From assembly GCA_009692265.1 (NCBI GenBank), contig SHZM01000012.1:4273-68272 (forward strand): a DNA stretch of 64,000 bases, written 5' to 3'. Within the stretch, counting starts at the first letter, position 1, and every line of letters begins with the position of its first letter. The notes under the pieces are model-generated. The model ran no database searches and was not told where the DNA came from. It worked only from the letters and a program-made list of their open reading frames with translations. Below, piece after piece: positions 19,030 to 29,252 of the stretch. The position numbers and the translations under genes are program-made. This stretch comes from Gammaproteobacteria bacterium. GTDB lineage: Bacteria > Pseudomonadota > Gammaproteobacteria > Ga0077536.

Positions 19030-20448
19030 TTACTGCCGGGGTTCGATGAACACTTGCATGCCGAATCGCGGGCGATAAGTCACCGTCGCCATGGGTTTGA
19101 TGACATGGCCGGGGACTGGGCGTACCCAAAATCGAGGAAGCAATTGCGCTAACACCAATTGGATCTCCAGCATCGACATGCCCACACCGATGCAGGCTCG
19201 CGGCCCGGCGGCAAAGGGGATATAGCAATAGGAATGACGGCCAGCGCTGCGTTGAGGACTGAAGCGGTCCGGATCAAAACGCGCTGGTTCCGTCCAATGG
19301 TCGGGATGACGATGCAGCGAGTACGGCATGATCGAAAGATAGGCGCCAGCGGGGATGCGGTACCCGCCAAACTCCTGTTCATGCGTTGATGTTCGCGCAA
19401 TTCCCCACACGGGTGGGTAAATCCGCATCGATTCCTGAACAACCTGTTTTAGATAGGGCAGGCGTGACAGATCCCCTGAAGTAGCGGGATTGCCACTCAA
19501 CACCGCGAGTTCGCTCAGAAGCGCTGCTTCGACTTCCGGATGTTTCGACAGCAGGTAAAAAATCCACTGTAGGGCCGTGGCCGAGGTTTCATGGCCGGCG
19601 AGCATTAAAGTCACCACTTCATCGCGAACTTGCTTTTCTTCCATCCCAAGCCCGCTTTGTTCATCGCGCACTGACAGCAGGCGATCGAGTAAATCCTGGC
19701 TGCCGATCCCACTGGCGCGGCGACCGTTGATCAGGTTGTAGACGATGTTGTCGAGCCGCTGCATCACGCGTTTGAAGCGTCGGTTGTGTGGGCTCGGGAT
19801 CCACGGGTACAAGGTGAGGAACGCGGCAGCCGATTTAGTATTGACGTTGATCACGTCCAGGATGTCGACCATTTCGTGAGCGTGATCATTTATTTCGGAC
19901 CCGAATAAAGTTGCCGCGACGATCTGGAAAGTAATCCGACTCATTTCGCGTTCCAGCGCGACGGGCTGCCCTGCGGGTAGTTGCTGCCAGCGATCAACCA
20001 GGGTCGCCGTGAAGCCGTTGATCGCGGTATCGAAGGCATTCACGATTTTATGATGAAACATCGGTTGCATCAGCCGCCGTTGCCGGGTCCAGTCGGCACC
20101 GTCATTGGTCACGAGCCCGTTCCCGAGGGTCTGCTTGAGCACCCGGTAGTCGTATAGGTCTTTTGTGAACTCCGGATGGGCTTGCGTCAGCACCTGGCGC
20201 ACGTGATCCGGATTATTCAGCAGGTAGATCGTCATCGTGCCGCGCCAGCAGACGACTTCGCCGTAGTCGAGGAACAACTGATGCATATACATCGCCGGAT
20301 CGCGGCCGTAGGCCTTAAAGCCTTGCCAGAAGCTGGGGCCGGGCGGCCGCGGCAGGGGTAACTTTGATTCAACAGCGGTTGACACGATTCGGTAGTCCGG
20401 GGGTTTAGGGAGTATTGGTATAGTGCCGACGCGAACTGTCAGGAACAA
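19030..20448 (-). CDS. Cytochrome P450
   Basis: I-helix LMLAGHETSA, ExxR motif (ESMRIYPP) and heme-Cys loop FAAGPRACIGVGMS are all present. Confidence 0.9.
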   Translation of the reverse strand: MFLTVRVGTIPILPKPPDYRIVSTAVESKLPLPRPPGPSFWQGFKAYGRDPAMYMHQLFLDYGEVVCWRGTMTIYLLNNPDHVRQVLTQAHPEFTKDLYDYRVLKQTLGNGLVTNDGADWTRQRRLMQPMFHHKIVNAFDTAINGFTATLVDRWQQLPAGQPVALEREMSRITFQIVAATLFGSEINDHAHEMVDILDVINVNTKSAAAFLTLYPWIPSPHNRRFKRVMQRLDNIVYNLINGRRASGIGSQDLLDRLLSVRDEQSGLGMEEKQVRDEVVTLMLAGHETSATALQWIFYLLSKHPEVEAALLSELAVLSGNPATSGDLSRLPYLKQVVQESMRIYPPVWGIARTSTHEQEFGGYRIPAGAYLSIMPYSLHRHPDHWTEPARFDPDRFSPQRSAGRHSYCYIPFAAGPRACIGVGMSMLEIQLVLAQLLPRFWVRPVPGHVIKPMATVTYRPRFGMQVFIEPRQ

Positions 20449-20479
20449 GCGGGATCGTCGAATTTACCGTTGATTCGCG

Positions 20480-21286
20480 TTAATCGAACAAATAGCGGAA
20501 TCCAACTTCTAGATTCCACAGGTAGACCTGCGGGATGTCGTCGCCGTGGGTGCCAATTCCCGGTCGAAGCCACATTGCTAAGTGTTTCGAGACAAAACGC
20601 CCCGCTTCGATCTCAAGGGTCGCTCCGATCCCATGGTTACGTAGGTGATCGATATACATCACGGTTTGTGTACCGGTGTAAAAACTGGCCGGCCAGCGCG
20701 TGATTGTAAAAAGTTGCACCGCGGTGTAATTCACCTCCGCGCGACGGTCATCACCGGCGACCGAGCGAAAGTATTGCAAGGTTGGGAACAAGGTTGAATG
20801 TAGTTTCGGGGCGTCAAACGATAAGAATGCGATCGGTGCGATCACCGTTTTTCCGGCACCGAGCTGGGGTGTTGCCGCGGTATCAAACTGAAACTCGCTG
20901 CCCACGACTAACGCAAATTTTTCGTTCCGCAACGCGCGATAATTGAACCGAACTGATAGATCCCCAACGCCGGTCTCCGGCGGCACGCGTGGATTATTCA
21001 AATCGCCGTGGACATAGGGCATTTCGATCCGCATCGCGATGATCTTATTGAAGGCGTAATCCACACGGCTGGTAAGAAGATCACGATAGCCGCCGGCTTG
21101 CGGGGCGAGGTAGCGATTGCGGAAATCCACGCGGGTACGGAAGTCGGTGGGATCGAGACGGCTAGCAGCGTGGGTAGAAGTCGACGCTAGCGAGGCGGCA
21201 AACGCGGGCGTCATCGCACTTGTCCAGAGCAAGACAAAGGACACCAGCAAGGGTCGCCAGATATTCCGGCACATGAAGCTCGACAT
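20480..21286 (-). CDS. Putative outer-membrane beta-barrel transporter (MetA/phenol-degradation-like family)
   Basis: 268 aa with a signal peptide ending AFA-AS. The sequence alternates in beta-strand fashion and ends in an aromatic motif, EVGFRYLFD. Confidence 0.45.
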   Translation of the reverse strand: MSSFMCRNIWRPLLVSFVLLWTSAMTPAFAASLASTSTHAASRLDPTDFRTRVDFRNRYLAPQAGGYRDLLTSRVDYAFNKIIAMRIEMPYVHGDLNNPRVPPETGVGDLSVRFNYRALRNEKFALVVGSEFQFDTAATPQLGAGKTVIAPIAFLSFDAPKLHSTLFPTLQYFRSVAGDDRRAEVNYTAVQLFTITRWPASFYTGTQTVMYIDHLRNHGIGATLEIEAGRFVSKHLAMWLRPGIGTHGDDIPQVYLWNLEVGFRYLFD

Positions 21287-21306
21287 TGGTTAAAGTTAAT
21301 CGATGT

Positions 21307-22872
21307 CTAATTTACGTTGCGGGCGCGACCACCCCAATGGGGTTTACGCAGTTCTGTTTTCAGCACTTTCCCGGCACCGGAAAGTGGCAGCGGTTCGTCG
21401 CGAAATTCCACCGATCGCGGGCATTTGAAATCGGCGACAAGGCTACGGCAGAACGCCATGATCTCTTCGGCATCGCGCGGGCTGTTCGGCTTGGCGATGA
21501 CGATGGCGTGGACGCGCTCACCCCATTTCGGATCAGGCAGCCCAATGACCGCACACTGGGCGACACTGGGGTGTTGGTAGAGCGCATTTTCGACCTCGGT
21601 TGAATACACGTTTTCCCCACCGCTGATGATCATGTCCTTCAGACGATCGCTGATAAAAATAAATCCTTCGTCGTCCATGGTCGCGGCGTCACCAGTATGC
21701 AACCAGCCGCCGCGCAAGGTGGCCGCGGTCTGTTCTGGTAGGCCCCAGTATCCCTTCATGACATTCGGGCCGCGGGCCACGATTTCGCCTACTACTCCAC
21801 GTGGCACTTCGATATCGCGCTCGTCAACGATTTTCAATTCTATGCAGGCGATGGCGCGCCCTGCCGCGCGTAATCGTCCTGCGTTCGGACCCTCTTTGAC
21901 GTGATACTTGCTTTCTAGCACAGTCAGCATCGGGGCGGCCTCGGTTTGTCCGTAGAGCTGCGTTAGCGTGGTATGCGGCAGTGCGTCGAAGAGACGGAAT
22001 AACGTCGCTTCCGGGATCGGTGATGCGCCGTAGTAGAGGCGGGCTAAGCTCGTGAGCTTGCTTGGGTGCTGATCCAAATGGTCGAGCAGCATCTGGATCA
22101 TCGTCGGCACTAACAAAATATCTGTGATCCCGTGAGTCTCGATCGCGGTGACCACGGTTGTGGGCTCAAAGCGTGGCATGACCACATGGCGGCCGCCGAT
22201 CGCGGTCACCATATAGATGCACAGGGCGTCGGCGATATGGAACATTGGTGCCGCGTGTAAATAAGAAATTTCGGGTGGGAGCCGCATCATTGCCGCGAGC
22301 TGAAGGCTATTCGTGACGTGATTCGTATGCGTCAGCATCACGCCCTTGGATCGCCCAGTGGTCCCGCCGGTATAGAAAATGCCTGCGATGTCGTCGCCGT
22401 CGCGGACAATTTCCGGCGCTTCGGTATTGGCTGTGATAAGCGCTTGCGTAGTGACGAGCGAGCCAGCTTCGTGGTCCTCGGTCATCAGCAATGTGGTACC
22501 GTTAAACCCGCGACAGACTTCCGGCAGCAACGCCTGAAAGTGCTCGTCAACCGCGAGTATCACAACTCCGGCATCATCGAGCACATAGCGGACTTCGGGC
22601 ACTGCCCAGCGCGTGTTGATCGGTACGACAGTGCCCCCCGCCCACGCCACCGCGTACAGTAGCTCAAGGTAGTGGTCTGAATTCAGCGCCAGCAATGCGA
22701 CGCGATCCCCCGCCGTGAGCCCACGAAGTTGCAGACTACCCGCGAGGCGCGCTACGCGGCTAGCGAATTCACCCCAGGTTCGGCGGCGTTCTCCGCAGAC
22801 CGTCGCAATCGCATTGCTCTGTTGTTGGACATTGCGTAAAAGTGACTGGGTGACTCTCATGGCTCGGCTCAA
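21307..22872 (-). CDS. Acyl-CoA synthetase / AMP-dependent ligase (FadD-like)
   Basis: 521 aa. The AMP-binding motif reads FYTGGTTGRSKGVMLTH, and the C-terminal GWLHTGD...DRLKDMI pattern is present. Confidence 0.85.
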   Translation of the reverse strand: MSRAMRVTQSLLRNVQQQSNAIATVCGERRRTWGEFASRVARLAGSLQLRGLTAGDRVALLALNSDHYLELLYAVAWAGGTVVPINTRWAVPEVRYVLDDAGVVILAVDEHFQALLPEVCRGFNGTTLLMTEDHEAGSLVTTQALITANTEAPEIVRDGDDIAGIFYTGGTTGRSKGVMLTHTNHVTNSLQLAAMMRLPPEISYLHAAPMFHIADALCIYMVTAIGGRHVVMPRFEPTTVVTAIETHGITDILLVPTMIQMLLDHLDQHPSKLTSLARLYYGASPIPEATLFRLFDALPHTTLTQLYGQTEAAPMLTVLESKYHVKEGPNAGRLRAAGRAIACIELKIVDERDIEVPRGVVGEIVARGPNVMKGYWGLPEQTAATLRGGWLHTGDAATMDDEGFIFISDRLKDMIISGGENVYSTEVENALYQHPSVAQCAVIGLPDPKWGERVHAIVIAKPNSPRDAEEIMAFCRSLVADFKCPRSVEFRDEPLPLSGAGKVLKTELRKPHWGGRARNVN

Positions 22873-22970
22873 TCGGGAAGGTAAGTGAGTTTACAATCGG
22901 ATTGCTCGCTTCGGTACAATCAGTAAACAGTGGCGATACATATTGCGCAGGCGAGGGTAGTGATCGTTGT

Positions 22971-23780
22971 ATGTTGAAGTTTCCCGATATTGATCCGGTT
23001 GCCGTTCAGCTCGGGCCGCTTGCCATTCATTGGTATGGTATAGCGTACTTGGTAGGGATTGGTGCGGGCTGGATGCTGTTAAGCGCGCGCGCGGCGCGCC
23101 CCACCTCGGGTTGGAGTGGCGACGAAGTCGCGGATTTGATTTTTTACTCGGCGTTTGGCGCCGTTCTCGGCGGGCGGATTGGTTATGGTTTGTTCTACAA
23201 CTTCGGAGCATACCTTCAAGCGCCGTGGGAATTACTGGCTGTGTGGCGCGGAGGGATGTCTTTTCACGGCGGAATCGTCGGCGGGATGCTGGCCCTTTGG
23301 TTGTTCGCGCGCCGTCGCCAACGCGCGTTCCTTCAGGTTAGTGATTTCATGTTACCAGCCGTCCCAATTGGTTTGTGCCTGGGCCGGATCGCAAATTTCG
23401 TCAATCAGGAATTATGGGGTGCGCCAAGTACTCTGCCTTGGGCTGTCGTATTTACCCACCCCGCCGCAGGTGGAGTACCGCGCCACCCATCGCAACTTTA
23501 CGAAGCTGCCCTTGAAGGAATCCTATTATTCGTCGTGTTGAATTGTCTATGCCGTAAACCTAGACGGATCGGCAGCATCACCGCGACCTTTCTAATCGGG
23601 TACGCGATTATTCGACTGGGAATCGAATTTGTGCGCGAGCCCGATGCGCATATCGGTTACTTGGTTGGACACTGGTTAACGCTGGGACAGGTGCTGTCGA
23701 TGCCAATGCTTTTGGGAGGTCTGGCGATCCTGCTCTGGGTGCCGGCCCGCTCGATCTCAGCTTTAGAAAAGGCACCCTGA
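22971..23780 (+). CDS. lgt: Prolipoprotein diacylglyceryl transferase
   Basis: Starts [29 protein letters not shown]. The order lgt-thyA is conserved synteny. Confidence 0.9.
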   Translation: MLKFPDIDPVAVQLGPLAIHWYGIAYLVGIGAGWMLLSARAARPTSGWSGDEVADLIFYSAFGAVLGGRIGYGLFYNFGAYLQAPWELLAVWRGGMSFHGGIVGGMLALWLFARRRQRAFLQVSDFMLPAVPIGLCLGRIANFVNQELWGAPSTLPWAVVFTHPAAGGVPRHPSQLYEAALEGILLFVVLNCLCRKPRRIGSITATFLIGYAIIRLGIEFVREPDAHIGYLVGHWLTLGQVLSMPMLLGGLAILLWVPARSISALEKAP

Positions 23781-24574
23781 TGGAGACATATCTTGAATTA
23801 CTACGGCATGTCCGCGCTCGCGGCGTAAGTAAAAATGATCGGACTGGAACCGGGACGTTGAGCGTTTTCGGCTATCAGATGCGCTTTGATCTGCGCCACT
23901 CGTTTCCGTTATTAACAACTAAAAAAGTCCACCTCAAATCGATCGTCCATGAGCTGCTGTGGTTTCTTCAAGGTGCTACAAACACGCGATATCTCAAAGC
24001 CAATGGAGTGTCGATTTGGGATGAATGGGCCGATGAGCAGGGCAATTTGGGACCGGTGTATGGAGCGCAATGGCGCGCCTGGCGCACTGTGGACGGTCGC
24101 GTGGTTGATCAAATCACCGAGCTTGTGACGCGCCTAAAGCAAGATCCGGATTCGCGTCGCCATGTAGTGAGCGCCTGGAATGTCGGCGAGATCCCACAGA
24201 TGGCGCTTGCGCCCTGTCACGTGATGTTCCAGTTCTATGTCGCCAATGGTGAACTCTCGTGCCAGCTGTATCAACGCAGCGCGGATATCTTTCTCGGGGT
24301 GCCGTTTAATATGGCGTCGTACGCGTTATTGACGCTGATGATCGCGCAAGTGTGCGGATACCGGCCTGGCGATTTTGTGCACACGCTTGGCGACGCCCAT
24401 CTTTATCTAAATCATGTGGAGCAGGCTGATTTGCAGCTCGCCCGCGCGCCGTACAGCGCACCGCAAATGCGCCTGAATCCGGCTGTTACCTCGATTCTTG
24501 ATTTCGCCTACGCGGACTTTGAGTTAACGAATTACCAGGCTCATCCGAGTATCGCGGCGCCGATCGCGGTCTGA
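23780..24574 (+). CDS. thyA: Thymidylate synthase
   Basis: 264 aa with DRTGTGT and LAPCH active-site motifs. Confidence 0.95.
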   Translation: METYLELLRHVRARGVSKNDRTGTGTLSVFGYQMRFDLRHSFPLLTTKKVHLKSIVHELLWFLQGATNTRYLKANGVSIWDEWADEQGNLGPVYGAQWRAWRTVDGRVVDQITELVTRLKQDPDSRRHVVSAWNVGEIPQMALAPCHVMFQFYVANGELSCQLYQRSADIFLGVPFNMASYALLTLMIAQVCGYRPGDFVHTLGDAHLYLNHVEQADLQLARAPYSAPQMRLNPAVTSILDFAYADFELTNYQAHPSIAAPIAV

Positions 24575-24575
24575 A

Positions 24576-25067
24576 ATGGCGATCAATATTATTGTCGCGA
24601 TGGCGGAGCACCGCGTCATAGGTCGCGGCGGAACACTGCCCTGGCATCTCCCGGCTGATCTAGGTCGGTTCAAGCAGATCACGATGGGCCACCGAATCGT
24701 AATGGGCAGGCTCACGTACGAATCGATTGGCCGTCCGCTGCCTGGGCGCACCAGCATTGTCGTCACCACCCGCGCTAACTACCAAGCCCCTGGCTGTGTG
24801 GTGAGCGATTCATTCGACGCCGCGCTCAATGCAGCTAGTGACAAGACCGAAATTATGGTGATCGGCGGGCACGCGTTGTATCAAGTGGCGCTGCCGGTGG
24901 CGCAGCGGATCTACTTGACGGAAATCGACGCCGAGATCGACGGCGATGTTTATTTTCCAGAGTTCGACCGCACAGTTTGGCGAGAGACCTCGCGTGAAGC
25001 GCATTCCTGCGATGCTGCGCATCTGTATTCGTATTCGTTTGTCGTGCTCGAGCGCGTGATGGCGTAG
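24576..25067 (+). CDS. folA: Dihydrofolate reductase
   Basis: 163 aa. It starts INIIVAMAEHRVIGRGGTLPWHLPADL and follows thyA. Confidence 0.9.
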   Translation: MAINIIVAMAEHRVIGRGGTLPWHLPADLGRFKQITMGHRIVMGRLTYESIGRPLPGRTSIVVTTRANYQAPGCVVSDSFDAALNAASDKTEIMVIGGHALYQVALPVAQRIYLTEIDAEIDGDVYFPEFDRTVWRETSREAHSCDAAHLYSYSFVVLERVMA

Positions 25068-25074
25068 AGACGGT

Positions 25075-25923
25075 TCATTCCTCTGCCAATGGATGTTCTC
25101 TGGTAGTCGCGGGCACGTAGAAGCGTATCCCATCGTCCAGTCGCAACGCCGTTAGCGAGTCACCCCAGACGGCACCAGTATCGAGCGGGAAGGCGTTGAA
25201 TGTTTCGCTCTGTGCGATCGTAAGGCGCAATGTCGACCAATGGCCAAAGAGGATACGCGTATCGAGGCTGCGGCGTAGTGGCTGCATGAACCACGGTAGC
25301 CCTGCAAAGCTCTGCGATCCGAGCGGCCCTTTGGCTTTCAGATCGAGTGTGCCGTCCGCACTGCAGTACCGCATGCGAGTGAAACAGTTGGTAAAAAAGC
25401 GCAGACGATCTATACCCTGCAATGTGGGATCCCAGCGCGCGGGGAGGCTGCCGTACATTGCGACTAAGAAGGTGCGAAATTCCGTGCTGCGTAACGCTGT
25501 TTCCAATTCGTTCGCGTATCCGCGGGCTTCCTCGAAGGTCCATTGCGGCGCGAGGCCCGCATGGACCATGCCATAGCCCAGGTAGCCGTCGTAATGCAGT
25601 ACTGGACGCCGACGCAGCCACGTAAGTAACTCATCGCAGTCCGGTGCGGCTAGAATTGCCTCGAGGGTATCGCCCGATTTGGGTCGGCGGTCGGCCACAA
25701 ATCGGCGCGCAAGTAGATGCAGATCATGATTACCGAGAACGGTGATCGCGCGCTCGCCAAGCGAGTGCACGAAGCGCAAGACGGCAAGACTCGAGGGACC
25801 GCGATTGACTAGATCCCCCGTAAACCACAAGGTGTCATAGCTCGGCCGGAACCTCATTTTTTCGAGCAATGCCTGCAACTCAAGGTTGCAGCCCTGGATG
25901 TCGCCTATTGCGTAGGTGGCCGT
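25075..25923 (-). CDS. apaH: Bis(5'-nucleosyl)-tetraphosphatase, symmetrical (ApaH), with ACG at the expected initiation codon
   Basis: Metallophosphatase motifs GDIQGC, GDLVNRGP and GNHD are present. The conserved N-terminus (T)ATYAIGDIQGC lies upstream of the first ATG/GTG/TTG, which is the TTG at 25878. Confidence 0.8.
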   Translation of the reverse strand, partial: TATYAIGDIQGCNLELQALLEKMRFRPSYDTLWFTGDLVNRGPSSLAVLRFVHSLGERAITVLGNHDLHLLARRFVADRRPKSGDTLEAILAAPDCDELLTWLRRRPVLHYDGYLGYGMVHAGLAPQWTFEEARGYANELETALRSTEFRTFLVAMYGSLPARWDPTLQGIDRLRFFTNCFTRMRYCSADGTLDLKAKGPLGSQSFAGLPWFMQPLRRSLDTRILFGHWSTLRLTIAQSETFNAFPLDTGAVWGDSLTALRLDDGIRFYVPATTREHPLAEE

Positions 25924-25938
25924 CGTACGCTCCCGACG

Positions 25939-26319
25939 CTAGTGCAATACGTTCGGGACCGACAAGCGGAACACCGCGATAGGTGCTTCAAACTGTACCC
26001 CATCGTCCGCGAGCATATGATAGGTGCCTTGCATCGTCCCGACTGGCGTTTCGATCACCGCACCGCTGGTATACCGAAAGGAGTCGCCGGGCTCCAGATG
26101 CGGTTGTACGCCGACGACGCCGTCACCCTTAACTTCCTGCACATGGCCGGAGGCGTCCGTGATGATCCAGTGTCTGGTCAATAATTGCGCGGCGACTTCC
26201 CCGACATTTTCGATTGTAATAGTGTAGGCGAACACGTACCGGTTTCGCGCAGGATCGGATTGTTCGGCGACAAAGGTAGTCGCGACGTTTACGCGAATAT
26301 CGTGAGAAGCAGTAGGCAC
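25939..26319 (-). CDS. apaG: ApaG (DUF525) protein
   Basis: 126 aa of the ApaG family (FAYTITIEN...WIITD...GVVG..P.L.PG). It lies directly upstream of apaH. Confidence 0.9.
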   Translation of the reverse strand: MPTASHDIRVNVATTFVAEQSDPARNRYVFAYTITIENVGEVAAQLLTRHWIITDASGHVQEVKGDGVVGVQPHLEPGDSFRYTSGAVIETPVGTMQGTYHMLADDGVQFEAPIAVFRLSVPNVLH

Positions 26320-26354
26320 AGGTGCGAATGAACCGGAATTTGCAAGTGCTCAAT

Positions 26355-27910
26355 CTAATGAACAGGTCTCCTAGGGTAAAGCCCTGAGGCATCAGACCGC
26401 TGATTCGCGCGAATATCGAGCTTGCGTAACGCCAAGGCTTCGGCCAGATCGGCTTGTGATATCGCCTCGCGGCCATCGACATCGGCAATCGAACGCCCGA
26501 GCTTCAGGATCCGATGATAAGACCGCGCGGACAAGTTGTAGTGCGCGAAGGCTTTATGTAGGAAGCGGGTGGTCGGTGGATCAAGAAGGCACAGGCGCTC
26601 CAGCTCGGGCGCGCTAAGGTGAGCGTTAAGTTTACCTTGTCGCGTGAATTGCAGCTGACGGGCTCGAAGTACCCGTGTGGCGATCTCCGCGCTGGATCCC
26701 GTGGTTGTTCGCGGCCTTGGTGCCAACCAATCCGCTTCGCGTTGGACTTCGATTTGAATATCGATTCGATCGAGTATCGGACCCGAAATTCGAGCACGAT
26801 AACGCGCGACTCGTTCAGGCGAACATAGGCATTCCCGAGTCGGGTCTCCAAAGTATCCGCACTGACAAGGATTCATCGCGCCAATCAGCAAAATCGAAGC
26901 TGGGAACTCCGCTTGGCTCGCGGCGCGCGCGATCCGCACGACACCACTTTCGAGCGGTTGCCGCAGGGCTTCGAGTACGCGGCGATCGAATTCTGGAAGC
27001 TCATCGAGAAATAAAATTCCGTGATGTGCAAGCGAGATTTCCCCGGGCTTTGGAATTGATCCGCCGCCCACGATGGCAACCGTCGACGCCGTGTGGTGAG
27101 GTGCGCGAAAAGGTCGCTCTCGCCAGGCTGAGGGTGACCATAAAATATTTGCAGCCGAGCGAATCACCGCGACATCGAGTGCTTCGTTTTCGGATAGCGC
27201 AGGTAGCAAGGAGGGCAGGCGCATCGCGAGCATCGTTTTGCCAGTGCCAGGTGGCCACTCATGAGAAGGTTATGGCCACCGACTGCTGCGATCTCCAGGC
27301 CTCGTTTAGCATGTGTCTGACCGCGCACGTCGGCGAGGTCGAGTGCGGCGGGGCAAGCCTGTAGGTTCGCACGTGTCGTTTCTTGCGGTGCCATTACCAC
27401 GGAGCCGTCCAAATGCGCGCAGACCTCGCGCAACCCACGCGGGGCGAAGACGGTTATTCCCTCACACAGGGTGGCCTCTTCGCTATCGTCGAGCGCACAG
27501 TAGAAATCGCGTTTAAGATCCCGGGCGGCTAGCGCGGCGGCCAGCACCGCACGTACAGATCGTAGTTCGCCGGTTAGTGCAAGTTCTGCCACGAATTCAG
27601 CACGCGACAGCGAGCTAGCTTTAATCTGGCTAGACGCCGCGAGGATGCTGAGCGCTATCGCGAGGTCGAACCGGGTCCCTCCTTTGGGGATATCGGCTGG
27701 TGCCAGATTAATAGTGATCCGATGTTGCGGAAATTCGAACCCAGCGTTGAGGATCGCCGAACGAACCCGTTCGCGACTTTCGCGCACGGCAGTTTCCGGC
27801 AACCCAACCATGCCAAATGCCGGCAAACCGGGGGTCAGATGGGTTTCGATAATAACGAGCGGTGCCCGAAGGCCAAGTTGTGCGCGGGCGTAGGCAACGG
27901 CGAGTGACAT
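26355..27910 (-). pseudogene. comM: ComM/YifB Mg-chelatase-like AAA+ protein, interrupted by a single-base frameshift in Walker A
   Basis: The track ORFs 27164..28063 (N-terminal part, real ATG at 27910) and 26355..27233 (C-terminal part) are the two halves of one gene. They join at ...GGHNLLMSG|(PPGTGKT)MLAMRLP. Confidence 0.85.
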
Positions 27911-27965
27911 AGCGTGCTCCCTGCAGGCGTAACGATCCGGTATCCATACCGGGCTGCGGCACAGT

Positions 27966-28205
27966 TTAGCCGCGTTTTTCGAGTTCGGCGATAATCGCCT
28001 CCAGTTGATCGAGCTTTTCGCGGGTGCGTGTGAGCATCGCAGCTTGCGCGTCGAATTCCTCACGCGTGACGAGATTCAAGCGCGCCAACATCGATTCGAC
28101 GAGCGCACGAAGATTCGAGCGCAATTCGTCAGCTGTTTGGGTTGCGAGGCCAGGAAGGACTCGACGTAGCTGCTCGGCAGCAGCATTAAGGTCTGTAAGG
28201 CTCAT
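27966..28205 (-). CDS. ubiK: UbiK/YqiC family accessory protein
   Basis: An internal ATG at 28205 gives MSLTDLNAAAEQL...NLVTREEFDAQAAMLTRTREKLDQLEAIIAELE, a typical UbiK coiled-coil protein. Confidence 0.7.
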   Translation of the reverse strand: MSLTDLNAAAEQLRRVLPGLATQTADELRSNLRALVESMLARLNLVTREEFDAQAAMLTRTREKLDQLEAIIAELEKRG

Positions 28206-28259
28206 ACCGACATTAGACGGTCTGGACTCACACGTGTCTACTTCGAATCCCCTGTCGAG

Positions 28260-28276
28260 TGCACGAAATACGTGCC
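28260..28276 (+). promoter_or_regulatory. Candidate NtrC enhancer site
   Basis: TGCACGAAATACGTGCC matches the consensus TGCACC-N5-GGTGCA at 9 of 12 positions, and the GCAC/GTGC dyad is perfect. It sits about 100 bp upstream of the sigma54 promoter match. Confidence 0.4.
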
Positions 28277-28371
28277 GCGCGAGCATGGTGTGCGTCGAGT
28301 TGGGGCACGTCCGCGCAAGAAGGCATGGTTTTCATCCTGGTCGCGGCCAAATTTCGCGGAATCCAAAAGGG

Positions 28372-28387
28372 TGGCACGCATGCTGCA
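28372..28387 (+). promoter_or_regulatory. Sigma54 (-24/-12) promoter upstream of glnK
   Basis: TGGCACGCATGCTGCA against the consensus TGGCACG-N4-TTGCA. The GG-N10-GC spacing is correct. Confidence 0.6.
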
Positions 28388-28598
28388 AGTAAGTTAGCGC
28401 CGGAAAGCGGGATGCCAGCGCAGGATTGGTCTTCTATTAGTCGTGCAAGCTCGTACTGCTATCGATGCACACGAGGGTCGGGGATAATGCGCTGGTCGTT
28501 GCTGCCGTCGGTACGGTTGGCTTTACTGTTCTATCCGAACCTTCATCAGGTTGGAGCCATTGAATAATCCGAGCAAAACATATTCGGTTGATAACTGA

Positions 28599-28952
<354 letters not shown>

Positions 28953-29018
28953 AGGCGCACTTCCGAGGACGCTTAAAACACGGCTGTAGTACCCCGCCCC
29001 GGCACGAATCTCGACTCC

Positions 29019-29053
29019 GCCGCCTCGCGGTTTTTGAACCATCGTGAGGCGGC
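29019..29053 (+). other. Stable hairpin in the glnK-amtB spacer
   Basis: GCCGCCTCGCG, a 13-nt loop, then CGTGAGGCGGC. That makes an 11-bp stem including one G.U pair, with no U-tract after it. Confidence 0.4.
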
Positions 29054-29138
29054 TGGCCTCTTGTCGGCACTAAATCGGGGCAAGTCTCGCATTTCTCGCC
29101 GGCCGCTATTCTCCACACCTTTCTGCGAATTTTTCGCG

Positions 29139-29154
29139 TGGCATAGTTCGTGCA
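29139..29154 (+). promoter_or_regulatory. Second sigma54 (-24/-12) promoter, immediately upstream of amtB
   Basis: TGGCATAGTTCGTGCA with correct GG-N10-GC spacing. It lies about 100 nt before the amtB ATG. Confidence 0.55.
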
Positions 29155-29252
29155 GCCTCAATTTGGGGCGCTCGCAACGCAATCTGTAATATCCGCGCGT
29201 TCAGGGTGCATCCCGCGTACTACCCATTTCCTAAGAAGCAGGGAGAATTATT

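Noticed and set aside
26355-27910. comM could be an interrupted integration site for a genomic island.
   Set aside because: The two halves abut directly and overlap in sequence, with no inserted DNA. The disruption is a single-base frameshift.
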